From assembly GCA_964388715.1 (NCBI GenBank), contig CAYMBN010000011.1:1-52656 (forward strand): DNA of 52,656 nucleotides, written 5' to 3'. This stretch comes from an uncultured Methanosarcinales archaeon (GTDB lineage Archaea; Nanobdellota; Nanobdellia; Woesearchaeales; CAYMBN01). The translations under genes were made by a program, and so were the position numbers. Below the pieces are notes generated by a model. That model did not search any database, was not told the origin of the DNA, and worked only from the letters and a program-made list of their open reading frames with translations. How positions within the stretch are numbered: the first letter of the stretch is position 1; each line of letters opens with the position of its first letter. Below, piece by piece: positions 36,840 through 45,897 of this stretch.

Positions 36840-37715
36840 ATGATTAATAATGATCAGACAGAAGTAGTAAAGCCTGTTATAGAAATAGTTCAGAAATCTG
36901 TGTTAAAAAAAGTTCTTAAGGAAAGAAAAGATACTAGTCATAAAGGTGAGAATGGAAGAGTTCTTGTAATTGGCGGAAGTGTTGATTATAGTGGTGCACC
37001 TATCTTAGCTGGATTAGCTGCATTACGTACTGGAGTAGATATTGTGAAGTTAGCTGTGCCAGAACAAGTTGGTTGGGCTGCAGTGTCTCATTCACCTGAT
37101 CTAATTACTAAAAAGATCAAATGTGAACATTTTGGACCTAAAAATGCAAGTGATATTATTCCAATGTTAGAGAATTTTGATTGTGTTTTACTTGGACCTG
37201 GTCTTGGTTATAATAAATATATTGTTAAGTTTGTAAATAAGCTTATTCCTAAAATTAAAGTTCCTTTGATAATTGATGCTGATGCGATTAGAGCATTAAA
37301 TGGAAGAGAAATTAAAAATGCTATTTTTACACCGCATGCAAAAGAGTTTGAACACTTAACAAGCAAAGCATTAACACTTGATCAAGAAGCTAATATAAAT
37401 ATTTGTCAGCAATATGCAAAAGAGTCAATAATTTTACTTAAAGGTCAAACAGATATTATTGCATCAAAAGATAAAATTATGTTGAATAAAACAGGTAATT
37501 CTGGTATGACTATTGGAGGGACAGGTGATACACTTGCTGGGTTATGTGCTGGTTTTTTAGCACAAAGTAAGAATCTATTTGATAGTGCATGTGCTGCTGC
37601 ATATTTGAATGGTGCTGTTGGAGAACATCTTTCTAAAGAGAATGGTTATTCTTATACTTCTACTGATATGGTAAAGAATGTTAGTCTTGTTCTGAAGAAA
37701 TTGGTTGGGAATTGA
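36840..37715 (+). CDS. nnrD: ADP-dependent NAD(P)H-hydrate dehydratase
   Basis: SHKGENGRVLVIGGS, GPGLG, DADA, TPHAKEF, GGTGDTLAG. Confidence 0.93.
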   Translation: MINNDQTEVVKPVIEIVQKSVLKKVLKERKDTSHKGENGRVLVIGGSVDYSGAPILAGLAALRTGVDIVKLAVPEQVGWAAVSHSPDLITKKIKCEHFGPKNASDIIPMLENFDCVLLGPGLGYNKYIVKFVNKLIPKIKVPLIIDADAIRALNGREIKNAIFTPHAKEFEHLTSKALTLDQEANINICQQYAKESIILLKGQTDIIASKDKIMLNKTGNSGMTIGGTGDTLAGLCAGFLAQSKNLFDSACAAAYLNGAVGEHLSKENGYSYTSTDMVKNVSLVLKKLVGN

Positions 37716-37753
37716 CAGTAACATTTTTATACTTAATTCTTTTGAATGGCTTT

Positions 37754-38323
37754 ATGAATATTGAAATACCAAAAAATGCACGTATAATTATTATAGAGGG
37801 GATTGCTGGTTCAGGAAAGGATACGTTTCAAGCAATTCTAAAAGAAAAATTGAGTGATAAACTAGTATATAATTATTCTGAAGAAGAAGTATTATTTTCA
37901 TGGAAACATGCAGGAATTCCTGGAATAATGAAATTAAGAATTGAATTTATGAAAATTTTTATAAATTACATGGAACAGGTTTTAAATGATGAACCTGAAG
38001 CTATATTTTTGTTAAATAGATTTCATTTATCAACATATAAAGCACATATTAGTAAGGATGTGAAATTAAGAAAAGAGTATGATCCTATTCTTGAACATTT
38101 GAAGAAACTTCCTGTACATATTTTTATTCTAAAATTAAATCCTGATGAAATTGAAAAAAGGTCTATGCATGCAGAAAGACCAGATACTTGGAAAAAACAT
38201 CAACAAGAAATGATCAAAAAAGAAGGATTCTCTAATGGAACTGAAAGATATTTAGATGAACAAGAAATAATAATTGAAGCAGCACGTGAACAAGGAATAC
38301 CTTTCTCTGTTATAAAATTATAA
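37754..38323 (+). CDS. P-loop nucleoside/nucleotide kinase-like protein
   Basis: IIIEGIAGSGKDT and LNRFHLS (dTMP-kinase-like). Confidence 0.75.
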   Translation: MNIEIPKNARIIIIEGIAGSGKDTFQAILKEKLSDKLVYNYSEEEVLFSWKHAGIPGIMKLRIEFMKIFINYMEQVLNDEPEAIFLLNRFHLSTYKAHISKDVKLRKEYDPILEHLKKLPVHIFILKLNPDEIEKRSMHAERPDTWKKHQQEMIKKEGFSNGTERYLDEQEIIIEAAREQGIPFSVIKL

Positions 38324-38326
38324 TTT

Positions 38327-39100
38327 TTATTTTATACTACATCCACCAGCAGGTAACATTCTGATTATGTCATCAAGTTCTCCGCCTATTTTTGCGCGGA
38401 TTTTCTTTGCAATATCACTTGCTTTTTTGTTACCTTGGTTGATGATGATATGTTTTTCTGCGTTAGCTTTTACTGCGTTAACAGGACCGCCAATGATGAT
38501 GTTATCTTTGATACCTATTGCGATTCCAATGTCAACTGTGAGATTATTTCTTTTACCATAAACCATGAATGAACCTTTTGGCATGTATTCTCCTGCTTTT
38601 GTTTCTTTTGTAACTTGATCTGGTTTTACATAGAAAACATCAAGTGAAGCAACACCTAATTTCCATGCTCTTGAATAAGATGCTGTTGCTTGTGCTGTTT
38701 CTTCAATAGTTGCTTTGCCTGGTTTTTTACCTTGTGTTTTGATTATGAAGAATGGACTTCCTGCAATGTCTGTGTGAAATACTAAGTCAGTTGGATCAGT
38801 ATGTTTCTTGACTACGATTTCGTTTGTTGTTGCATCTCTGCCGCCAATGCAAAGAAAACCTTCTGAAGAATGGAACCATCTGAATTTTTCATACCATTCT
38901 TTTTTTCTTTTTGGTTTTTGTTCTTTTTCTTGTTGTTGTTTTAGTTCTAATTCTTTTTTTTGTAATCTTTTTAGTTTCTTTTTTGTTTTTTCAACTATTT
39001 CAATAGCTCCTTTTACCTTTTTCTTTGATTTTTTTGCTTTTTCAAAGTATATTTCTGCGTTTTGTTCTACTGATTTGTCTAGGAATAGTTTTATCTTCAT
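38327..39100 (-). CDS. NFACT RNA-binding domain protein (short Rqc2-like)
   Basis: WYEKFRWF, GGRDATTNE, FHTDIAGSPF, GSFMVYG. Confidence 0.9.
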   Translation of the reverse strand: MKIKLFLDKSVEQNAEIYFEKAKKSKKKVKGAIEIVEKTKKKLKRLQKKELELKQQQEKEQKPKRKKEWYEKFRWFHSSEGFLCIGGRDATTNEIVVKKHTDPTDLVFHTDIAGSPFFIIKTQGKKPGKATIEETAQATASYSRAWKLGVASLDVFYVKPDQVTKETKAGEYMPKGSFMVYGKRNNLTVDIGIAIGIKDNIIIGGPVNAVKANAEKHIIINQGNKKASDIAKKIRAKIGGELDDIIRMLPAGGCSIK

Positions 39101-39136
39101 AATAAGTTAGAAATCGTTTGGTATTTATTAGGTTTT

Positions 39137-39610
39137 CTATCTACACTTATCTATTTCTGAGACTCCTAGTACTTTATTAAGGCACATTACTTCTTCATTG
39201 CCAACCATTATCTTTGGAGTGAATTGGATTTGTTGGACATTTCCAATTATGCTTGCATCATATTCTGCTTTTGAAGAAAAAGAATTTCCTGATTCAATTG
39301 TTTGGGAAAAATCTTTTATGCTGATTAAGTCTCTGTTACCAATGATCCATATTCGCAACCCACTTGCTTCTTTTAAAGCATTGTTTTCAACTGTAAATTC
39401 AACATAACTGTTTGAACCAGCTTGTTTATAACATATAGGTGAATTTCTGAGAAGTTTTAATTTAATATCAGATGCACATTCTCCTTTTTCAATACCAAGT
39501 TCTTCAACTTGGGCTCTGCCCCAGTTCATTACAACTGCACCTAGTGCAACTGCAAAAGCTATCAAAAGAATTGTTGCGACTAACGGAGATACACCTTTTT
39601 TTGCTAGCAT
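39137..39610 (-). CDS. archaeal type IV pilin
   Basis: KKG|VSPLVATILLIAFAVALG. Confidence 0.88.
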   Translation of the reverse strand: MLAKKGVSPLVATILLIAFAVALGAVVMNWGRAQVEELGIEKGECASDIKLKLLRNSPICYKQAGSNSYVEFTVENNALKEASGLRIWIIGNRDLISIKDFSQTIESGNSFSSKAEYDASIIGNVQQIQFTPKIMVGNEEVMCLNKVLGVSEIDKCR

Positions 39611-39682
39611 ATTGAATTTTATTGTTTTGTTGTTTATAAATTTAACTAAAACTTTATATTTTAATTAATATTTTTTGTTAAT

Positions 39683-40309
39683 ATGAAATTAATAATTACA
39701 AAAGACAGTTCAATTACGTTTCATAATGATAATTATGATGAAACATATCATTCTGTGAGTGGGGCTAGGCAGGAAAGTGTTAAAAAGTTTGTTGAACCGT
39801 GTAAAAAATTGTTTTGTAAAGATAGATTGGATGTTCTTGATGTGTGTTTTGGAATAGGATATAATACAGCAGCTTTAATGGATAGTTATAGTGGTGAGTT
39901 AAATATTGTGTGTTTAGAAAATGATCCTGTAATTTTGCAAGAAGTTTTGAAAATTGATCCTGATTTTAGGAATTATGATTTGATTAAAGAATTAGTTAGG
40001 AAAAATAAAGTTGAAAAAGGTAATGTAAAGATTAGTTTGGTTATTGAAGATGCAAGGAAGTCTGTGAAGAAGTTGAATGTGGGTTTTGATATTTGTTTTC
40101 TTGATCCTTTTTCTCCAAAAAAATGTCCGGAGTTGTGGACTGTGGAGTTTTTGAGTGATATTTTTAGATTAATGAAGAAGGGTGGGATATTGACAACTTA
40201 TTCTTGTGCAAGAAGTGTTCGTGAGAATTTGGAGAGGGTGGGGTTTGTTGTTAAGGATGGGCCTGTTGTTGGAAGAAGAGGGCCTAGTACTGTTGGAGTT
40301 AAGAATTAG
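39683..40309 (+). CDS. MnmC/MnmD-like SAM-dependent methyltransferase
   Basis: ETYHS, DVCFGIGYN, DPFSPKKCPELW, TYS. Confidence 0.9.
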   Translation: MKLIITKDSSITFHNDNYDETYHSVSGARQESVKKFVEPCKKLFCKDRLDVLDVCFGIGYNTAALMDSYSGELNIVCLENDPVILQEVLKIDPDFRNYDLIKELVRKNKVEKGNVKISLVIEDARKSVKKLNVGFDICFLDPFSPKKCPELWTVEFLSDIFRLMKKGGILTTYSCARSVRENLERVGFVVKDGPVVGRRGPSTVGVKN

Positions 40310-41102
40310 TTAAATATTGGTTTACTTTATGGAACAATTTTCTGTATATTAAACCTTGTTCAACATTTTCACATATACTTTCATCAAACATATGAACTAA
40401 TTCTGGCAGACCTTCTTTTCCATAATGGTGTGAAATTTCTAAGAATTTTTCAAGCAAAAATATTGTTTCTATTATGCCTCCTGGAATTGTTTGATTTTTT
40501 ATTTTTTCTTGTTTTTTGTTTTCTCCATCTAATTGTTGCTCAAACCACCTTACTCCTTCAGCATATCCTTCAATTCCAATTAAACTTTCTACATACAATA
40601 TTTGTGTAAGAGCTGCAGCTCCTTCCTCCATGTTAGGAAATTTTTTAATGTATCCTCCTAAATGTCTTGCAATATGAAAAAGTTCGTGTATAAACATTGA
40701 ATTATAATAAACTTGAAGTTCTGAAGTAAGTTCTGGAAGTTCTTCAAGATTTTGATTGTAATATATAATTTTTCCATTAGGTGGACACATATTTTGTTTT
40801 TTTTCTTCAGGACTCATTCTAGGTAATCCTGGATTAGATTCTTTTAATTCTAATATTGCTTTTTCAATACTAGAATTAACTTTTGCTGTGTCATATTGTT
40901 TTAATGATCTTGTTTCTCTTAGCATTTCTATAACTTTTTCATATATATTTGCATTATAAATTTCCTGTCTGGTATAAGGTAATGGAATTGAAAGACCTCC
41001 TTTAACTAATTCTTGAGGTATTAATTCTAAATGACTAAAGTCTAATTTCTGAGAAAAGGTTTCTCTCATAAATCTTATTGCTTCATCTGGTATTGTTAAC
41101 AT
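40299..41102 (-). CDS. hypothetical protein with zincin-like HExxH
   Basis: FIHELFH...MEEGAA. Confidence 0.7.
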   Translation of the reverse strand: MLTIPDEAIRFMRETFSQKLDFSHLELIPQELVKGGLSIPLPYTRQEIYNANIYEKVIEMLRETRSLKQYDTAKVNSSIEKAILELKESNPGLPRMSPEEKKQNMCPPNGKIIYYNQNLEELPELTSELQVYYNSMFIHELFHIARHLGGYIKKFPNMEEGAAALTQILYVESLIGIEGYAEGVRWFEQQLDGENKKQEKIKNQTIPGGIIETIFLLEKFLEISHHYGKEGLPELVHMFDESICENVEQGLIYRKLFHKVNQYLTNS

Positions 41103-41144
41103 TGTTTTAGGAAAGTTGTTACTATTATTTAAATTCTTACAAAG

Positions 41145-41700
41145 AAATGTGAAGGTGAGCTTCACTATGGGGGGCTCACCTAAATGTGATGATAGTCCCT
41201 GTCAGATCAACTAAAAAGCCCACTCTAGTTAATCAAGGACTGTTATGAGAGTGAAAGAGAAAGGCTCCCGAGGGTTAGAGGGGGTTTGGGAGAAATATTT
41301 GGGAGCCAGAGTTAATATAAAAGTGGAACAAGCCTTTGGGGGGTCATGTTCCACTAGTGCGTACTGAGACTATTTTAGCTTTCGAGCAACGTATGATCAG
41401 GGCATTAATTACGTATGTCACCTCATTTTTTTAGTCCCTGGATCTTTTGATGAGACAGGAATCACCTTAGCATACTACGTTTAGTGTAATCCTATTAGCA
41501 TGTGTCAGTTAATACTATGTCTTCTGACTTTTCTATGCATTGACGTATTGCTTGCATAGCAGCTTTTTTCATTTGCTTAAAGCTCCATTCTATATGATCA
41601 TTACCAGAATTCTTTCGTTCGAAAGAATTCACAGGCTCCCTGACGAGGGTCGAGGGGGTTAGAAAAAATCAAGGAGCCCTGATTTTTTGATTGTGTATCT
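41145..41700 (-). ncRNA. candidate large structured non-coding RNA (~550 nt), family unrecognised
   Basis: No long ORF, raised GC, at least 11 consecutive stem-loops, repeated loop motif, minus-strand TATA at 41725-41732. Confidence 0.6.
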
Positions 41701-41873
41701 TAATATACTGTATAATTAAACTAGTATATAAATGTTACTATTTAGTATACTGGTGTGGATAAGTGTGATATGGATTATGGTGTTATAGGGCTTATGGCTC
41801 AAGAATTTTTAATTTAGTACTCAATAGTTACAAAACGAAAGTTTTATATATTATGCAGAAATTATGGATTTTA

Positions 41874-43139
41874 ATGAGTAATTTACCAGAAAGGATTGAA
41901 GAGAGAACATTGGATGATTTATATGCTGAAGCTGTTGAAGCTTTTGATGTAGGAGATTTTGGAGTAGCAATTGATAATTGTGATGTGATAATTACTAAAC
42001 GTGATTCAGATCATTTTGATTCTTATCTTTTGAGAGGACAAGCATTTTACAAAAATTCTAGGCGTCTTCAAGAGTTGAATAGAATCCCTGGATATCAATT
42101 AAAAGATGATGATGAACTTGAATTAATTTGTAATGAAGTAAATATCTCTACTGATGAATTTACAATTGATAGATTGATTCAAGAATATTTTAAACAGGCT
42201 GCAAATGATTTTGAAAGAAGTGTTGAATTAAATCCTAACTCTTATGTTGCACATTGTTTTGCAGCACAGGCTTATTTCTTTGTTGAAGAGCCAGAAAAAG
42301 TTTTGGAACATCTTGATATGGCAATAAGGATGAAATCTGAAATAGGTGAACAACCTAAAATAAAATACTTGCAAGCAGAGTCTTTAAGAAAAACATGTAA
42401 ATTTGATTTAGCACTTAAAAAATTTGATGAAGTAATTGCTGAGTTAGAACCAATTGTTTGTGCTGATGAAGGTGATTCAGCTGTGTCACATGAAAAACTT
42501 GTGCAAGAAATAAATAGTTCTGAGAAAGAATTTGGTCAATTAATAAGGACTTATTTGGGTGCTATTGATACTTGTGATGATATGCGTAAATTGAGAAAAG
42601 CAACCCCTTATTTAGAAGGATTACTAAAAATAAGTCCTGATATAGATAGTTATATAATTGCTCTTGAAGTGTATTCTAATCTAAGAGATTGGAAAAAAGT
42701 TGTTTCATATGTTGATCAAGGTATGGGTGAGACAGTAAGTAACCCAGAACATTTTATTCCTATTTTTAATGCTTACAAAGCAGTTGCTTTGTCTTTGTTA
42801 AAAAGGTACGATGAAGCATTAAAGTTGATAGATAAAACAATTGAGATAGGTATTAGTCATGAAGATGAGAGTCTGCTTAAATTTTACAAAGCAATATGTT
42901 TATTTGGATTAGAAAGATATATGGAAGCTGAAGATCTTTTTCGTGATGTAGCTGTTTCTAATCCTGGAATAGGAAAGTATAAAGTATCTTATGAGAGAGC
43001 AGCAGAATATATAAGAATAAAAGATGATCCTGACGCTTTGAGAGAGGTTAATCTTGATAGAGAATTACAAGAACGTAGAAATCAGTTTGATGATTTTCTA
43101 GTCACTAGTCTTTCACCAAAAAAGGATATGAAAAATTAA
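41874..43139 (+). CDS. TPR-repeat protein
   Basis: Several TPR-like units, e.g. DFERSVELNPNSYVAH and YDEALKLIDKTIE. Confidence 0.82.
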   Translation: MSNLPERIEERTLDDLYAEAVEAFDVGDFGVAIDNCDVIITKRDSDHFDSYLLRGQAFYKNSRRLQELNRIPGYQLKDDDELELICNEVNISTDEFTIDRLIQEYFKQAANDFERSVELNPNSYVAHCFAAQAYFFVEEPEKVLEHLDMAIRMKSEIGEQPKIKYLQAESLRKTCKFDLALKKFDEVIAELEPIVCADEGDSAVSHEKLVQEINSSEKEFGQLIRTYLGAIDTCDDMRKLRKATPYLEGLLKISPDIDSYIIALEVYSNLRDWKKVVSYVDQGMGETVSNPEHFIPIFNAYKAVALSLLKRYDEALKLIDKTIEIGISHEDESLLKFYKAICLFGLERYMEAEDLFRDVAVSNPGIGKYKVSYERAAEYIRIKDDPDALREVNLDRELQERRNQFDDFLVTSLSPKKDMKN

Positions 43140-43207
43140 GTTTTTCTCTAAACTGTTTTAACTTTGTCAAAAGATTTTTATATTCAACTTATTCTTTTTT
43201 GGTTATT

Positions 43208-43279
43208 GCCCTCATAGTATAATGGATAGTACACAAGGTTGCGGACCTTGGAGCCGGAGTTCAATTCTTCGTGAGGGCG
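43208..43279 (+). tRNA. tRNA-Arg(GCG)
   Basis: GCCCTCA/TGAGGGC acceptor stem, CAAGG-TTGCGGA-CCTTG anticodon arm, TTCAATT T-loop. Confidence 0.94.
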
Positions 43280-43636
43280 TAATTGTCTTTTAGTTGTGAC
43301 GATAAAATTAAAATTCAGTCGATAATTTTATAAACTTACAGAGAATTTCATTAAGAATGGAAGAAAATAAACCCTCAAGTCAGGATTTGTATCCTATCTA
43401 TTTTATGGATTATAGTGCTACTGCTTTTGCGACAACAAGTAAAGCAGTGGTGGCTGCGACTGATGAAAAACAAGCCCAATCATTACTTGAAGCAACATTA
43501 AGAGGTGATAATACTGTTGCTAAACGTAATAAAAGACCTCTTGAGATTATAACTTGTACTGATACTGGATATAATGCAGATAAGGAAGGCGTAATTCTTC
43601 ATTAATTTTTAATTAAAATTCTTCGTGATGGCGTAA
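43263..43636. mobile_element. mini-islet at the tRNA-Arg 3' end bounded by a 20-bp att-like repeat
   Basis: AATTCTTCGTGA(G/T)GGCGTAA at 43263-43282 and 43617-43636 (19/20). Confidence 0.7.
43357..43605 (+). CDS. small hypothetical protein (islet cargo)
   Basis: 82-aa ORF with its own TATA box. Confidence 0.7.
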   Translation: MEENKPSSQDLYPIYFMDYSATAFATTSKAVVAATDEKQAQSLLEATLRGDNTVAKRNKRPLEIITCTDTGYNADKEGVILH

Positions 43637-43650
43637 AAAAAGAAAAAAAA

Positions 43651-43959
43651 TTAAACTATGTTTTCATTAACACTAATTGTTTTTAACATACATCCTTCTA
43701 AAAAGACTTCAACAACTTTGCCTTCTAATTTTGATACCTGATATGCCTTAGTCTCTTTAAGAAGTGCCATTATATCATTTGGATCTTTTAATCCATATTG
43801 AGTTCCACCACCATTAGCATGATTTAAATGAAACTCTAAAGCAAGTTGATCTCTATCATTGATACCATAAGTTGGGTTTTCAATTTTAGCGTAATCTTTT
43901 TTTAACCCTTCAACATCTTCATCTGTTAGTCCATGACAATACCATTTTGGTTCACTCAT
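43651..43959 (-). CDS. hypothetical protein
   Basis: GGAGGT RBS; 102 aa. Confidence 0.75.
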   Translation of the reverse strand: MSEPKWYCHGLTDEDVEGLKKDYAKIENPTYGINDRDQLALEFHLNHANGGGTQYGLKDPNDIMALLKETKAYQVSKLEGKVVEVFLEGCMLKTISVNENIV

Positions 43960-43982
43960 TTTGATTTACCTCCATTTAAAAA

Positions 43983-44432
43983 TTAAAACTGAATTACTTC
44001 AGTTTTGGTTTCTGCTTTTGGAGCATTAAGACTTGCTTCGTATTTTATTTTTTCCGCCTGGTAAAATGGAATCAATAGTCCTACAGCTGGAACCAAAAAT
44101 TGAAATGATTCTCCATAAGAAGCATTTTTCTGTACTCTAAGATTATTTTGTATTGCTTCTAAATGTTCCATTACGCTGTCTAAATTTTCACCAGCTACAG
44201 TGTTTGAATTTTTTCTAGGGCTGTATGTTCTACCTTCTTTACTCACATAAGCACTACCTAATTCTCTTTCATTACTAGAAAAATTTGCTTCTGTTTGTGT
44301 GTATCTAGTCATCCCATTACATCTCTCAATATCATAACTTATATCAGCTACAAAGCCATCCTCAAAATCAACTTTGTAATTGCCTCTTCCAAAATTTGCT
44401 TGACTATTTGCTTCAATTTGTTTTATTTTCAT
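43983..44432 (-). CDS. hypothetical protein
   Basis: GAGGTGA RBS before ATG 44432. Confidence 0.72.
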   Translation of the reverse strand: MKIKQIEANSQANFGRGNYKVDFEDGFVADISYDIERCNGMTRYTQTEANFSSNERELGSAYVSKEGRTYSPRKNSNTVAGENLDSVMEHLEAIQNNLRVQKNASYGESFQFLVPAVGLLIPFYQAEKIKYEASLNAPKAETKTEVIQF

Positions 44433-44555
44433 TTTTTCATTCACCTCATGAATGTTATAACTATTAAGTAGTGATTGTTATATATAAAATATCTTATTCT
44501 TTTTTTTAACAAATGGTAACATTTATATATAATAACAACCATTAAGTAAAATATA

Positions 44556-45527
44556 ATGCTAGATTTGAAAGATAAGAGAATATTGAAAGAACTGTTTGTT
44601 GATGGTAGAATGCCTCTTTCAGTGATTGCTAAGAAAGTTCAGCTCAGCAAAGAGGTTGTTCACTATAGAGTAAACAGGATGATTAAAGAAGGTTTATTGT
44701 TAAGAATTAATTCTGTCTATGATATACAAAGATTAGGTTGGAAGATATTTCTTGTATATGTTAGGTTAAAAAGTGTTGATAATGAAAAGGAAAAACAGAT
44801 TATTGATACACTGAAAAATCACCCAAATATTGCTTGGGTAACCAAATGTATTGGAAGTTTTGATCTTGTTGTTAAATTCTTTGTAAAAGATAATATTGGG
44901 CTTAACTTAATCATGAAAAGACTTGAAGAAAAGTTTGAAATTGATGATTACAAAATTGATTTCATGGAAAAGGAGCACTTAGTACCACTTCCATTTTTAT
45001 ATGCTCCTGTAAAACCAGATCAAATGATAGAAAAAAGAGGAAAAGGAATTTTTAAACCAGAAAAAATTGACTTGAAAATCCTAGAACAATTAGCACACAA
45101 TTCAAGAATGCAAATAACAGACATTGCAAAAAACATTAACGAATCAAGGGAAAAAGTAAAATATCATCTAAAAAAGTTAGAAAAAGAAAAAATAATTCTA
45201 AAATACCGCCCAAGTGCATGGTCAGGAAGTAAGTCAATTGGTTATAGTTGGTATTTAGTTCTTTTAAAATTGAAAAAATTAGACAAACAAAAGAGAAATA
45301 CATTGATTAGTTTTATTGCAAATCATCCTAACATGACTTATTATTATGAAATGATTGGAGAGAATGATTTTGGTTTTGAGATAAGACTTAAGACAGGTGA
45401 TGAATTGAATGAAATCCTGATGAAAATCAGATCAATCTTAGGAGAAGACCTTAAAAGACATGATTTGTCTTTGATTCTTAAGGAGTATAAATACACTTAC
45501 TTCCCAGAATGTTTGAAGAATACGTAA
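44556..45527 (+). CDS. tandem (double) Lrp/AsnC transcriptional regulator
   Basis: Two HTH+RAM units: LDLKDKRILKEL... and IDLKILEQLAHNSR... Confidence 0.9.
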   Translation: MLDLKDKRILKELFVDGRMPLSVIAKKVQLSKEVVHYRVNRMIKEGLLLRINSVYDIQRLGWKIFLVYVRLKSVDNEKEKQIIDTLKNHPNIAWVTKCIGSFDLVVKFFVKDNIGLNLIMKRLEEKFEIDDYKIDFMEKEHLVPLPFLYAPVKPDQMIEKRGKGIFKPEKIDLKILEQLAHNSRMQITDIAKNINESREKVKYHLKKLEKEKIILKYRPSAWSGSKSIGYSWYLVLLKLKKLDKQKRNTLISFIANHPNMTYYYEMIGENDFGFEIRLKTGDELNEILMKIRSILGEDLKRHDLSLILKEYKYTYFPECLKNT

Positions 45528-45560
45528 CTTTTATAAAACAATCATGATTTCTGTGTGTTT

Positions 45561-45785
45561 ATGAGCGATGAACATATGGTGGATATGTATTTGAATCAAG
45601 ATAGATGTTGTAATTATCATTTGAACACTTGGAGAGCTGATGAAGCAGGATTAGGTGGGCAAACTATTAAAAAGTATAGAATGACTGCTCCAAAGGTTAG
45701 TGAAATTAATAAAATGCTTGCTAAATTTAAAGGACACCCAGATGATGTTCCTGGTGAAGTTGAGAGAATTCTTGAAGAAAAATAG
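45561..45785 (+). CDS. small hypothetical protein
   Basis: ORF with TATA ~25 nt upstream. Confidence 0.6.
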   Translation: MSDEHMVDMYLNQDRCCNYHLNTWRADEAGLGGQTIKKYRMTAPKVSEINKMLAKFKGHPDDVPGEVERILEEK

Positions 45786-45897
45786 AAACTTTTTTATATT
45801 CTGTCTGAACTTTGTGTATTTTGTGATAAATATGACACGTACACCAAGTTTCATTGACGAAGTTCAGTGAGATGGTGCTCTATTCTTTTGCATCATA

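Noticed and set aside
41600..41680. HDV-like ribozyme
   Set aside because: The putative L3 is only 4 nt and the P1.1 GG is missing.
41145..41700. RNase P RNA, SRP RNA, group I intron or tmRNA identity
   Set aside because: No GAGGAAAGTCC / ACAGAA..CGGCTTA or SRP helix-8 signature, no interrupted host gene and no tRNA-like ends found by eye. A covariance search is still needed.
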